A program made the translations under genes and the position numbers. The notes beneath the pieces were generated by a model. The model was not told the DNA's origin. It searched no databases and was given only the letters and a program-made list of their open reading frames with translations. A DNA stretch of 64,000 bases, from assembly GCA_965198235.1 (NCBI GenBank), contig OZ240248.1, forward strand, positions 544,001-608,000, given 5' to 3'. The DNA comes from Candidatus Poribacteria bacterium. GTDB lineage: Bacteria > Poribacteria > WGA-4E > WGA-3G. Of the stretch, positions 32,194 to 41,837 are shown one piece after another (within the stretch, counting starts at the first letter, position 1; each line of letters starts with the position of its first letter).

Positions 32194-32559
32194 TTACCTT
32201 GTCTTAGACTGTCGCTGGCTGGATTGTTTTAAAATAGATGCTTTCCGAAAAAGGTGAAACAATCCATCTCTTGCTTCTTGACATGTGAGTCGACACGCTT
32301 CTGTCCTTCCGACGACTACGATGTCGTATTGAGTTTTTATCCGCGGGCGTAACTGCCGAAACGATTCACGAATGAGTCTTTTGACCCGATTCCGTTGAAC
32401 GCTTTTTCCGGCTTTTTTGCTGACGGTTATTCCTAATCGGAGGTTATTGAAATGGGTGTGGAACACGTATATCACAAAGTAGCGATTCCAATACTTACTG
32501 CCTTTCTGATAGGCGCGCTGGAATTCCCAACGCTTTTTCAGTTTTTTCGGATCTTGCAT
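32194..32559 (-). CDS. rnpA: Ribonuclease P protein component
   Basis: RLGITVSKK and RNRVKRLIRE motifs. Confidence 0.95.
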   Translation of the reverse strand: MQDPKKLKKRWEFQRAYQKGSKYWNRYFVIYVFHTHFNNLRLGITVSKKAGKSVQRNRVKRLIRESFRQLRPRIKTQYDIVVVGRTEACRLTCQEARDGLFHLFRKASILKQSSQRQSKTR

Positions 32560-32562
32560 GAT

Positions 32563-33081
32563 TTAGTTGATATACAGATATTTTCTCCACGACGGGTGGC
32601 ACCCGCGAAAATGACGATTGAGTTGCAAATAGGTCAAAATTGATGGTGTTTTCGGCTGACGCTGCAGTTTCAATCGCGCTTCGTAGAGCATTTTACTGCC
32701 CTTTTTGTTATTACACTTTTTGCAGGCTGTCACAACGTTCTCCCATGTTGTTTCTCCGCTACGAGAGAGCGGTACCACATGGTCCATCGTGAGTTGCGCT
32801 GCTGGGAACTCGCCATGACAGTATTGACATGTATACTGGTCGCGGACGAGAACATTCCTCCGTGAAAATTTGACGACGCTACGCGGGACATGGACGTAGT
32901 TTACTAACCGAATTACATGTGGGACTCTCACCGCGGCACTTGGCGAATGAATCTCAACATCAGAAACTTCTTCAGTCTGTGCAGTGCCCTTAAAAACCAT
33001 TTTCATCGCGCGCCTGAGATTGCAAACGTTGATTGCTTCGTAGCTGGCGTTAAGTACTAAGACAGATATTTCCACTTGCAT
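32563..33081 (-). CDS. HNH endonuclease (McrA-like)
   Basis: VLVLNASYE, RDQYTCQYC, DHVVP and WENVVTACKKCNNKK motifs. Confidence 0.92.
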   Translation of the reverse strand: MQVEISVLVLNASYEAINVCNLRRAMKMVFKGTAQTEEVSDVEIHSPSAAVRVPHVIRLVNYVHVPRSVVKFSRRNVLVRDQYTCQYCHGEFPAAQLTMDHVVPLSRSGETTWENVVTACKKCNNKKGSKMLYEARLKLQRQPKTPSILTYLQLNRHFRGCHPSWRKYLYIN

Positions 33082-33177
33082 GCCCTCTAACTTAAACAAC
33101 TGGCTTTAACCACATTAACTCCTATGAATTTTAACACATTTTCACCGTAATTGCAACTAAAATCTCTATATCGTCAA

Positions 33178-33240
33178 TAGTTATCAGTTATCAGTTGTCA
33201 GTTGTCAGCAGTTAGCGGTCAGCGGTCAGCAATCAGCAAA
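33178..33240. repeat. Degenerate heptamer tandem repeat (TCAG-core, STRR-like)
   Basis: agttatcagttatcagttgtcagttgtcagcagttagcggtcagcggtcagcaatcagc; similar tracts near 28716, 42440, 43712, 49675, 53712, 58366-58490, 59836 and 63855. Confidence 0.8.
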
Positions 33241-33482
33241 GAGTGGAAACAGACGAAGCTGTTTGTAGTAGTGCTATTTATTGAACGTTCGGAAGAACAA
33301 AGGAATATCGCGAGCAAAGCTCGCTCCTACAGCCAGCAGTCAGGAAACGGAGTTCCCTCTTACCAAGACTGGTAATAATGAATCTTTAGCAGATTGATGA
33401 AAGGGGAAATAAAGACACACCTGACGCACGGTTTTGTGTATAATGTTCAGTACAATGCGAGTTGGGTCTGAGAGGAATTTGA

Positions 33483-35102
33483 ATGCACAATAGGTTGCGA
33501 GACGCTATTGCGGTCTTGAGTTTTACGTTTATTTTCACGTTTATTTTCAGCAGTTATGCATCTGATATCCAATTTGTGGATGTCACTGAACAGGCGGGGA
33601 TCCATTTTGAGCACGCCGGTGGTATCGACTTGCGTGTGGTGCCCGCACTCGTCGGTTCGGGTGCGGCGTGGTGCGACTACGACAACGATGGGAAATTGGA
33701 TCTTTATATTGTCAACGGTGCCTTGGTGCGACCAACATCAGGAGCGGTGCTACCGAAGAACGCCCTCTATCGGAATAACGGTGATGGGACTTTCACTGAT
33801 GTAACGGATACCGCTGGAGTCGGCGATACAGGTTGGGGTATGGGATGTGCCTTTGCAGATTATGACAACGATGGCGATGCCGATCTTTATGTCACGAACT
33901 ATAAAGCGAACCTGTTCTATCGGAACAACGGCGACGGGACTTTCAAACGTTTTTCCTCCGGGGCAGGCGGCATTGGTCACGAGGGTTTCGGTGCTGGGAT
34001 CGCTTGGGGTGATTATGATAACGACGGTTACCTCGACCTTTACGTCGGCAATTATATCGAATATACCAAAGTTCCACAAGGGGATGAAGTCTTTTTCCCG
34101 TATGATTTCTTCGGACAAGCGAACCTTCTCTATTTAAATAAGGGAGACGGCGGTTTCATTAATATTACGGATGCCGCCAAGGTGAATGGTGGATTTCATC
34201 TGACACTTGGAGTCGCTGCAGCGGATTACGATGCCGATGGCGACTTGGATCTGTATCTCGCCAATGATACCGACCAGAATATCCTCTATCGCAACGATGG
34301 GGAGTTAACGTTCACGAACACGAACCGTCCAGATGCAAGGAGCCGCACCGGCGACATACGGAGTGGTATGGGCATTACTTGGGGCGATTACGATGCCGAT
34401 GGCGATTTGGATATCTTTGTTACAAATTGGTTAGATGAAAACAATGTCCTTTATAGAAATAATGGTGATGGGACCTTTACCGATGTTTCTGCACGGAGTG
34501 GTGTTTTTGAGTCAGGACTCAGTAAAACATGTTGGGGCACTGCCCTGTTTGATGCGGATAACGACGGCGATCTGGATCTCTTTTTCTCGGCAGGACACAT
34601 TGATCCGGCTTCGTGGGAAGCATATGGGCAAGCGGATGTTTTTCTCCAGAACAATAGAGACGGCACCTTCACTGATATTTCTGATGCCGTCGGACTTCGG
34701 GAATTCAGTTCCTACGGGGTTGGTAGAGGTGTCGCGGTTGGAGATTACGATGCCGATGGCGATTTGGATCTCTTTATCGTCAACAGTGGTGGGAAACCGA
34801 TATTGCTTCAAAACGAGGGTGGGAACCAACAGCAGTGGCTTCAGATTCGCACAGTCGGCACAATGAGCAATCGGGACGGTGTTGGCGCGCTTGTGAGGGT
34901 GAGTGCTGGCGACCTTCACCAAATTCAGCAGGTGGCGGCAGGCGACAGTTATCTTTCTCAGAGCAGTATCGATGTCGAGTTTGGACTTGCGGCCTACAAG
35001 ACAGTGGATCGAATTGTTATTCGATGGCCGAGCGGGACTGTGCAAACGTTGACCGATGTGCAAGCAAATCAGCGACTTGTTGTGGTTGAGCCCTCGGAGT
35101 GA
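33483..35102 (+). CDS. CRTAC1/ASPIC-UnbV family protein with FG-GAP repeats
   Basis: Signal peptide; repeated DYDNDG/DYDADG and LYRNNGDGTF; C-terminal NRDGVGA...FGL...IRWPSG. Confidence 0.92.
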   Translation: MHNRLRDAIAVLSFTFIFTFIFSSYASDIQFVDVTEQAGIHFEHAGGIDLRVVPALVGSGAAWCDYDNDGKLDLYIVNGALVRPTSGAVLPKNALYRNNGDGTFTDVTDTAGVGDTGWGMGCAFADYDNDGDADLYVTNYKANLFYRNNGDGTFKRFSSGAGGIGHEGFGAGIAWGDYDNDGYLDLYVGNYIEYTKVPQGDEVFFPYDFFGQANLLYLNKGDGGFINITDAAKVNGGFHLTLGVAAADYDADGDLDLYLANDTDQNILYRNDGELTFTNTNRPDARSRTGDIRSGMGITWGDYDADGDLDIFVTNWLDENNVLYRNNGDGTFTDVSARSGVFESGLSKTCWGTALFDADNDGDLDLFFSAGHIDPASWEAYGQADVFLQNNRDGTFTDISDAVGLREFSSYGVGRGVAVGDYDADGDLDLFIVNSGGKPILLQNEGGNQQQWLQIRTVGTMSNRDGVGALVRVSAGDLHQIQQVAAGDSYLSQSSIDVEFGLAAYKTVDRIVIRWPSGTVQTLTDVQANQRLVVVEPSE

Positions 35103-35209
35103 TACGAAAATATTGCAATTGTGAGAAGAATATGTTATCCTTAATTCTAAGGATATGTTATCCTTAATTCCAATGTATGTCCATTTCTTAATTACAATCA
35201 GGAGGAAAC

Positions 35210-35857
35210 ATGCGACGAAGTTTATTTTTTGTTGTTTTGATTGCCGTATATGTTGCGGTAACGATCATCCATGACGCGGGTTCAGCCGAAGAGATTCGGG
35301 TATGGGGCGGCAAAGTGGAGGATTTTAAAGATTCCGATGGCCGTATCTGGCACGGTGGACAGAACGAGAAAAAGAAGTGGGGCGGGTGGATCGATCTGCA
35401 GCCTCGCATCGCTGAAGTCCAAAACCTTACGAAAGATGCCCAAAAACTGGCGAAGAAAGAAGGGTATGATGAGGAGCTCTTCTATGCTGTCAGTTGGGCA
35501 AGGTTCCCTGATGTCGTTAAGGTCGATCTGAATACCGGTAAAGGCACCTTTAATGTTACTTATCTCGTGGGTGAACACTGGTCACCGAACAATCGTGGCT
35601 TCGATATTATCATTGAAGAAGAGATTGTGGAGCCGCTCTATGTTACTCCCGGTAAAGATGAGATAGACATTAAACGCTATGAAGGCATTGAGGTTAAAGA
35701 TAAAGTGATGAGCCTTGAGTTTGCTGGCAATCAGAAGACCGGCAAGGGCGACCTGAACGCCATGTTCAGTGCGATAGAGGTAATCCCTGCATTAGCCGTT
35801 GACCCGAAACAGAAACTCGCTACGACTTGGGGAGCCCTGAAAGGGGAGCGGAATTAA
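35210..35857 (+). CDS. Secreted malectin-like protein with C-terminal TTWG tail
   Basis: Signal peptide; VTYLVGEHW...RGFDI...NAMFSAIEV; ends AVDPKQKLATTWGALKGERN. Confidence 0.75.
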   Translation: MRRSLFFVVLIAVYVAVTIIHDAGSAEEIRVWGGKVEDFKDSDGRIWHGGQNEKKKWGGWIDLQPRIAEVQNLTKDAQKLAKKEGYDEELFYAVSWARFPDVVKVDLNTGKGTFNVTYLVGEHWSPNNRGFDIIIEEEIVEPLYVTPGKDEIDIKRYEGIEVKDKVMSLEFAGNQKTGKGDLNAMFSAIEVIPALAVDPKQKLATTWGALKGERN

Positions 35858-35878
35858 CGAATAGATGGAGGTATTTTA

Positions 35879-36526
35879 ATGAGACTATTGAGCATTTTGA
35901 CGATTGTCGCTTTTCTGGGGATTCTCGCAGTCCCGGCGTTGCTACCGGCTGAAGAATTTCGGGTGTGGGGTGGCAAGACAGATGACTTCACGGATTCACA
36001 AGGGCGGGTCTGGAATGGCGCGCAGCAGACGGACCAGGCATGGGGTGGTTGGACTGAATTGGAACCTCGTGTTGCTGAAGTCGCAACCTTGACAGCGGAC
36101 GCACAAGCGCAAGTAAAAGATGCTGGTTATGATGTGGAACTCTTCTACGCTGTCAGTTGGGCAAGATTCCCTGACACCGTCAAGTATCAGTTTAAGACTG
36201 GCGACGGCACTTTTGATGTTACCTATCTCGTGGGTGAGCACTGGTCTCCAAATAACCGAGGTTTCGACATTTTCATTGAAGAGGACAACGTCGAGCCGCT
36301 TTACGTGACACCCGGCAAAGACGAGATTGACATCAAAATGTATTCCGGGATTGAAGTCAGCGATGGCACCCTTGATCTCCACTTTGCAGGAAACGCGGAG
36401 ACGGGTGCAGGCGATCTGAACGCCATGTTCAGTGCTTTGGAGGTCGTGCCTGCTGTGGGGACTGCTGTAGATCCGAAGGCGAAACTCACGACAACGTGGG
36501 GTGCGCTGAAAGGCAACCGTCAATAA
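35879..36526 (+). CDS. Tandem paralog of the malectin-like TTWG-tail protein
   Basis: Shares ELFYAVSWARFPD, GEHWSPNNRGFDI and PLYVTPGKDEIDIK; ends AVDPKAKLTTTWGALKGNRQ. Confidence 0.75.
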   Translation: MRLLSILTIVAFLGILAVPALLPAEEFRVWGGKTDDFTDSQGRVWNGAQQTDQAWGGWTELEPRVAEVATLTADAQAQVKDAGYDVELFYAVSWARFPDTVKYQFKTGDGTFDVTYLVGEHWSPNNRGFDIFIEEDNVEPLYVTPGKDEIDIKMYSGIEVSDGTLDLHFAGNAETGAGDLNAMFSALEVVPAVGTAVDPKAKLTTTWGALKGNRQ

Positions 36527-36541
36527 GGATACACCGAAATT

Positions 36542-36578
36542 AAAATGCCCGCGGTATTTTCGTTACCGTGGGCATTTT
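36542..36578. terminator. Intrinsic terminator
   Basis: AAAATGCCCGCGGTA-loop-TACCGTGGGCATTTT after the TTWG pair. Confidence 0.75.
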
Positions 36579-36667
36579 GTTGTACATGGGCAAATGCGGG
36601 TGCGGTTGGGAAACCGCACCTACCGTTTTAGTTGTCAAGCAACAACCGTCAGCGGTCGAGAGGAATA

Positions 36668-37447
36668 TCATACCTTGGGTGTCGTCAAATCGCCGCTCAA
36701 GATTGTGGGACACCAGAATTTTTCAATGTATTCAATGATGAGTTGTGTGCCCTCTTCGTGGCTGACGTAAGGCGGTTTGAACGGGTTGTACATCGCATCG
36801 GTGAGGTCGCGGGCAAGAACGGCGTTGAAGCCCCAACGTACCATCTGTTTAATAGCGAAAGAACGTCCGAGGACGCACATATTGGTGTGAACGCCCATAA
36901 AGATAATATTCTTAATACCTTTGCGATCCAGCAGATTGTATACTTCCTGCCCGTTGTCGCTGATGGCATCTACATCAGAGATTTCAATGGCTGGGTGTTG
37001 ACGGTGCCACGCTTTGTAACCATCAGTCTCGCCGGTATCCGAGCCGCCATCGGAAGCGTCAACAGGTAAGGGTGGGTCAGGCAGTTCGCGTTCGGTGGGT
37101 GTGTCGGCGTGCGGTAGTTCTAAGACCGCACGGCGTGCTGGATGTGCCTCGTAGAAGTCCATTGTGTCAGATGGCGCGTGGATAATCTGTATGCCCTGCT
37201 CCCGCGCCCGCCCGAGTACGATGTCCATCCGCGGTGCCATCACGTTCACACGTTCCGTGGCTCCCCATGACCAGTGTTCATTCCACATATCAACGACAAC
37301 GATGGCGGTTTCGGAGATGTTCCAATTGACCTCTTCTTCGATGACACGCCAACCATTTCTGCCGACTGTCCGTGCTTCCTGTCGGCGGGTTGAGAGCGAC
37401 AGGTTCGTCGTCGCTGAAAAGGTTTGACTTAATAGGTTAAATAGCAT
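36668..37447 (-). CDS. Isochorismatase-like cysteine hydrolase
   Basis: AIVVVDMW, GVHTNMCV and RDLTD motifs. Confidence 0.8.
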   Translation of the reverse strand: MLFNLLSQTFSATTNLSLSTRRQEARTVGRNGWRVIEEEVNWNISETAIVVVDMWNEHWSWGATERVNVMAPRMDIVLGRAREQGIQIIHAPSDTMDFYEAHPARRAVLELPHADTPTERELPDPPLPVDASDGGSDTGETDGYKAWHRQHPAIEISDVDAISDNGQEVYNLLDRKGIKNIIFMGVHTNMCVLGRSFAIKQMVRWGFNAVLARDLTDAMYNPFKPPYVSHEEGTQLIIEYIEKFWCPTILSGDLTTPKV

Positions 37448-37925
37448 GAATTTCTACTCCTTTTCGGAAAACGTAAGCGTCTTTAGAACGTCCGTAGTAG
37501 TTTTTTCGGATACCACAAATGCGGAACCCGAACTGTCGGTAGAGATACTGCGCCGGTAGATTGCTGACGGCGACTTCCAAGAAAATTTCGCGTCCGTCAC
37601 GCGCTTGTATCATTTCTAAGGCTGAGGTGATCAGGTATTTGGCGATACCCTGTCGCCGATAGGCAACCGGCACCGCGAGGTTCAGGATATGCGCCTCTTC
37701 ATGGAGAATACTGAACACAATGTAACCGACGATGGTGTCCTCGTACCGAGCGGCATAAAAATGTTCGTATGATCGAGGTCGTTTCAGAGATAATGCGTAA
37801 TAGGTTTTGCTCCATGGATCCTCAAAGCACTCGTTTTCGATTTTTAGTACCTCCTGCAGATCACACAAGCGCATCGGTTCAAAGGTGAGGTTTAGAAGCG
37901 GATTTTGGGTTATCATCTGTGTCAA
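37437..37925 (-). CDS. rimI: Ribosomal protein S18-alanine N-acetyltransferase
   Basis: EAHILNLAV, RRQGIA, FLEV, LY..FGF and RKNYY motifs. Confidence 0.88.
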   Translation of the reverse strand: MTQMITQNPLLNLTFEPMRLCDLQEVLKIENECFEDPWSKTYYALSLKRPRSYEHFYAARYEDTIVGYIVFSILHEEAHILNLAVPVAYRRQGIAKYLITSALEMIQARDGREIFLEVAVSNLPAQYLYRQFGFRICGIRKNYYGRSKDAYVFRKGVEIHAI

Positions 37926-38089
37926 TGTGTGTAGGTAAACCGAAGAGAATCATACATAGTTAGTGCTGCTCTTGGTAAAGATACCAAAGTATAGCACGAT
38001 GTGGAATTTGATGTCAATTGAGATAGTTATTTCGGTCAGGGCTATTCAATTCTCTCTATTTTCCGTCGGTCGTTGAAACTCCCTCTTCT

Positions 38090-38113
38090 GTAGGAGCGAG
38101 CTGTGCTCGCGAT
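38090..38113. repeat. GTAG-type REP palindrome (TGTAGGAGCGAG-N5-CTCGCGA family)
   Basis: Related copies near 20503, 33308, 43743, 48702, 49719 and 59463. Confidence 0.8.
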
Positions 38114-38257
38114 ATTTCCTAAAAACGTTCACTTCTGTAAAGCAAAACCAAGATCGAAACCTACAATTGAATGACCCTGTTATTTCGGTGTTGCCTTTTT
38201 TCAGGGAGTCTGTTATAATTCACTTATGTGGAATCTGCCAAGAAGAAGGAGTATACT

Positions 38258-39403
38258 ATGAAAGACTTTGGTTTTACAGGCGGGCGTCCGGATCCGTATA
38301 CATTCCCGACGGACGGGTTAATTGCAGCGAGTGAAAAGGCTCTCCGTAAGCTGGGCGGTGATCTGGTTAACTATCCGGGCGAATCAGGCTATCGGGGATT
38401 GCGGGAACTGGCATCAATGCGATTCGAGAGACGTGAAGGTGTCCCGCTGCCGATAGATAACATCTCAATTACCTCAGGCTCCATGCAGGCACTGGAATTG
38501 GTCCTGGGGACCTTGATTAACCCTGGCGATACGGTACTGACAGAGGAATATACTTACAGCGGCACCTTGGGGATCATGCGGCATTTCAAAGCGAATATCG
38601 TGGGGGTGCCGATGGACTACACCGATGGCATGAATATGGATGCGTTGGAGGCGAAACTCGCGGAACTCAAACGTCAGAATATTCGTCCATCATTCATCTA
38701 TACGACATCGAACCATCAGAACCCGACAGGGGCAATTCTCTCGCTTGAGCGTCGACATCGGATGTTAGCCTTAGCGGAAGAATATGATACACTCATCGTT
38801 GAAGATGATTGCTACGGCGATATTGACTTCACATCGACACCGACACCGGCTTCGCTTTTTAAGTTAGATACTTTAAATCGGGTGATCTTCATTGCGACTT
38901 TCTCCAAGATTTTAGGAGCAGGTGTTCGACAGGGGTATCTTGTGGCGAGAGAGCCTTATTGGGGGCAAATTCACCAGAACCGCTGGGACGGTGGGACGAG
39001 CGCGCTGGCGAGTGCGATCGTTGCTGAATTCTTCATGGAGCATTTGGAAGTGCATCTTGTGAAGACGAATGCGGCTGTGGGTGCGAAATGTCGCGCAGTG
39101 GTGGAGACGCTTGAGAAGCATGTCAGTGATCTCTGCACATGGACACGACCCCGCGGCGGGCTCTTCCTCTGGATAGATCTGCCGGAGACCACAGATCTCA
39201 ACAAGTTACAGGAACTTGCCTCGGCAAAAGGGGTCGGATATAGCAACGGAAGTGCGTTCCACTATGCGAATGAACCCGTAAAGGCGATCCGACTGGCGTA
39301 TGCTTACTGCCACGTGAATGATGTTCCCGAAGGGATTACTTATCTGTGTGAAGCGATCCGTGCGGCACAAGTGACCTCAGCGGATGTTGCGGCAGGGGAT
39401 TAG
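38258..39403 (+). CDS. PLP-dependent aminotransferase class I/II
   Basis: QNPTG, EDDCY and TFSKIL motifs; AAGGAG SD. Confidence 0.92.
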   Translation: MKDFGFTGGRPDPYTFPTDGLIAASEKALRKLGGDLVNYPGESGYRGLRELASMRFERREGVPLPIDNISITSGSMQALELVLGTLINPGDTVLTEEYTYSGTLGIMRHFKANIVGVPMDYTDGMNMDALEAKLAELKRQNIRPSFIYTTSNHQNPTGAILSLERRHRMLALAEEYDTLIVEDDCYGDIDFTSTPTPASLFKLDTLNRVIFIATFSKILGAGVRQGYLVAREPYWGQIHQNRWDGGTSALASAIVAEFFMEHLEVHLVKTNAAVGAKCRAVVETLEKHVSDLCTWTRPRGGLFLWIDLPETTDLNKLQELASAKGVGYSNGSAFHYANEPVKAIRLAYAYCHVNDVPEGITYLCEAIRAAQVTSADVAAGD

Positions 39404-39420
39404 CGGAAAGGACCGAATTT

Positions 39421-40788
39421 TTGCGTAATATCATCCTCATCTCGTTAGATACGCTACGGGCATCGAGCATGAGTTGTTACGGGCATCGCAACCTGACAAC
39501 ACCGCACCTCGATGCCCTTGCAGAGACGGCGACGCTTTTTGAGAAGTGTATCAGCCCGCATATTCCGACACACCCTGCTCATACGACGATGTTCACGGGC
39601 AAGGATGTCTTGTCCCACCAAATTATTACACAGGGTGGGACGCTTAACTTGGCAACGAATATAAAGACGGCTCCTGAGCTGCTGAGTGAGGCGGGTTACT
39701 TCGCGGTTGCTGCGGACAATTTGGGACGCTGGTTTCAGCGCGGTTTCCCTGAGACGCAGTATCGTGGCTACCAATGGGAAATGGGTTACCGCAATGCTCG
39801 GAAAGCGGAGGCGGTTAATGAAACGGCGATTGAACTCCTGGACCTCGCCCAGGCACAGGATAAACCTTGGTTCGCTTTTCTTCACTATTGGGATCCGCAT
39901 ACGCCGTATCTGCCTCCGCTGCCGTTTGAACGGATGTTTTATAGCGGGGACGAATGTGATCCGAACAATCGAAGCATGGATGCTGTTTACGCATGCGAAC
40001 CTTTTACGGACTATTTCCGGCAGTGGATGTGCACGCCAGACCCATCGGATCCGGATAATATTGCGAAGAAGCGACTCTGGACGGACAGTCGGTATGTGAA
40101 CGCGCAATACGATGCCTCAATCGCTTATATGGACGCGTGCTTGGCGCAGTTGTTCCGATATCTGCGCGATTGTGGACAACTGGAGGAGACGCTCCTGATT
40201 CTTACCGCCGATCACGGTGAGGAACTCGATGAACACGAACTCTGGTATGACCATCATGGGCTTTATGAGACCAATTGCCACGTGCCGTTAATCGTTCACT
40301 GTCCGGCACTTATCCCTGAAGGACAACGGCTTAGCGGTCTTGTCCGTCTTACCGACATTGCCCCGACACTCCTTGATTATGCGGGGTTGACAGCGGTGGC
40401 GGCGCGTGAAAAGATGGAGGGCAGAAGCCTACGTGCCTTGATGGAAAACAGCTCGCACGATGGGACGACGGAGGCGGTCTATCTTACCGAGTGTGGGTGG
40501 ATGAAAAAGCGTGGGTGGCAAACCCAGAAGTGGAAATTGATTGTTGAAACCGGCGGCACGCCTGCCGTTTATAGGACACCGGATTTGGAACTCTACGATC
40601 TTGAAGAGGATCCCGATGAGGTTTATAATCTGGCTGAGGAGGCGGACGATGTCGTTGCGCATTTGAGAGCGGATATGGCGGCTTTTCTGCAACGCCGACT
40701 TGCCGAAACAGGTCTGCCCGATCCAACGGTTGAACAGGATATTACCATGCGACGCATCGGTGATACGTCTAAGGCAGTACCGCTTTGA
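39421..40788 (+). CDS. Sulfatase-like hydrolase (alkaline phosphatase superfamily)
   Basis: LISLDTLRA, WDPHTPY, TADHGE and ELYDLEEDPDE motifs; TTG start. Confidence 0.85.
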   Translation: MRNIILISLDTLRASSMSCYGHRNLTTPHLDALAETATLFEKCISPHIPTHPAHTTMFTGKDVLSHQIITQGGTLNLATNIKTAPELLSEAGYFAVAADNLGRWFQRGFPETQYRGYQWEMGYRNARKAEAVNETAIELLDLAQAQDKPWFAFLHYWDPHTPYLPPLPFERMFYSGDECDPNNRSMDAVYACEPFTDYFRQWMCTPDPSDPDNIAKKRLWTDSRYVNAQYDASIAYMDACLAQLFRYLRDCGQLEETLLILTADHGEELDEHELWYDHHGLYETNCHVPLIVHCPALIPEGQRLSGLVRLTDIAPTLLDYAGLTAVAAREKMEGRSLRALMENSSHDGTTEAVYLTECGWMKKRGWQTQKWKLIVETGGTPAVYRTPDLELYDLEEDPDEVYNLAEEADDVVAHLRADMAAFLQRRLAETGLPDPTVEQDITMRRIGDTSKAVPL

Positions 40789-40850
40789 AGAGGAACATTG
40801 TGAAATATAGATGTAGATTGTGCCTTGTTGTTTCGATTTTCAATAGCGTA

Positions 40851-41837
40851 ATGCGAACGCGAGCCGTGCTTGTGCCACTTGTGTTGATGCTTGTTTTCAA
40901 CGGTTGTGCTGCGTTAGAGGAAGCGCAGCGACGGCGCGAGAAACGGATACTCGAAGAACGAGATGCGACTTCGCTCATGCTGAGACCCACGAATGCAACG
41001 ATTGAGATTAGACCGGACGCGCTATTCGGTGAGAGCGATCACTATACCCTCAAATTTGCTGACGATTTGCGAGCAATTGAAGGATTTGACGAAGCTGAGG
41101 AACGGGAGATATTCACACGAAGTGCACTCGGTTATATGGAAAGCCTTTATGAGGCGATGAATCGGCTCTTCGGTTTTCAGCCGAAGCATAAGATTCACGT
41201 GACGCTACATCACTTCTATAGAGGCACTAATCTCGCAGCACTTACGCGCACCGACTATCGTTCAGGTATTCTGGACGGACGCTATGTGAAGTTCATTAAT
41301 GGTATTCAGATGGATTTCCCAATACGGATGTATGAAAAACACGGCGTGCGGGCCCACGAACTCACCCATGCTTTTACGAATATCTATTTTCTACCGGTAT
41401 GGTTCTCGGAAGGTATTGCTGTCCTGATTCAGACGGAATATGCGAAAGGTGGAACGCATCCTAAGTTTGACAGTCTTGAAAGGGATCTGCGAGTTGACCT
41501 TGATGGCGTGAATCAATTGGAGAGCTGGGGCGGACATACTGAAAACAGTCCGCTGACGCATCGGCGCTATAGATATGCGTATACGCTTGTTGCTGAGTTG
41601 TGGAAACGATACGGCAACGATTTTTACATCAGGGTTTTTAGGTTGATGGAAGCAGATGGTCTGCATCAAAAACTGGTAGGGACCATGAAGACCAGTTTTC
41701 TGGTTTATTATTTTAGCGAAGCCGCGGGTGAGGATCTGGTGCCGTTCTTTAGAAAATTGCATTTCAAGGTGCGTAAATTGACAAAAGAGGACATTCTCAA
41801 TCAGATTGAATCGAATAGGGTCCGTCGGAGGCGATAA
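40851..41837 (+). CDS. Lipoprotein with HExxH zinc-peptidase-like motif
   Basis: Lipobox-like FNGC; HELTH...WFSEG. Confidence 0.7.
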   Translation: MRTRAVLVPLVLMLVFNGCAALEEAQRRREKRILEERDATSLMLRPTNATIEIRPDALFGESDHYTLKFADDLRAIEGFDEAEEREIFTRSALGYMESLYEAMNRLFGFQPKHKIHVTLHHFYRGTNLAALTRTDYRSGILDGRYVKFINGIQMDFPIRMYEKHGVRAHELTHAFTNIYFLPVWFSEGIAVLIQTEYAKGGTHPKFDSLERDLRVDLDGVNQLESWGGHTENSPLTHRRYRYAYTLVAELWKRYGNDFYIRVFRLMEADGLHQKLVGTMKTSFLVYYFSEAAGEDLVPFFRKLHFKVRKLTKEDILNQIESNRVRRRR

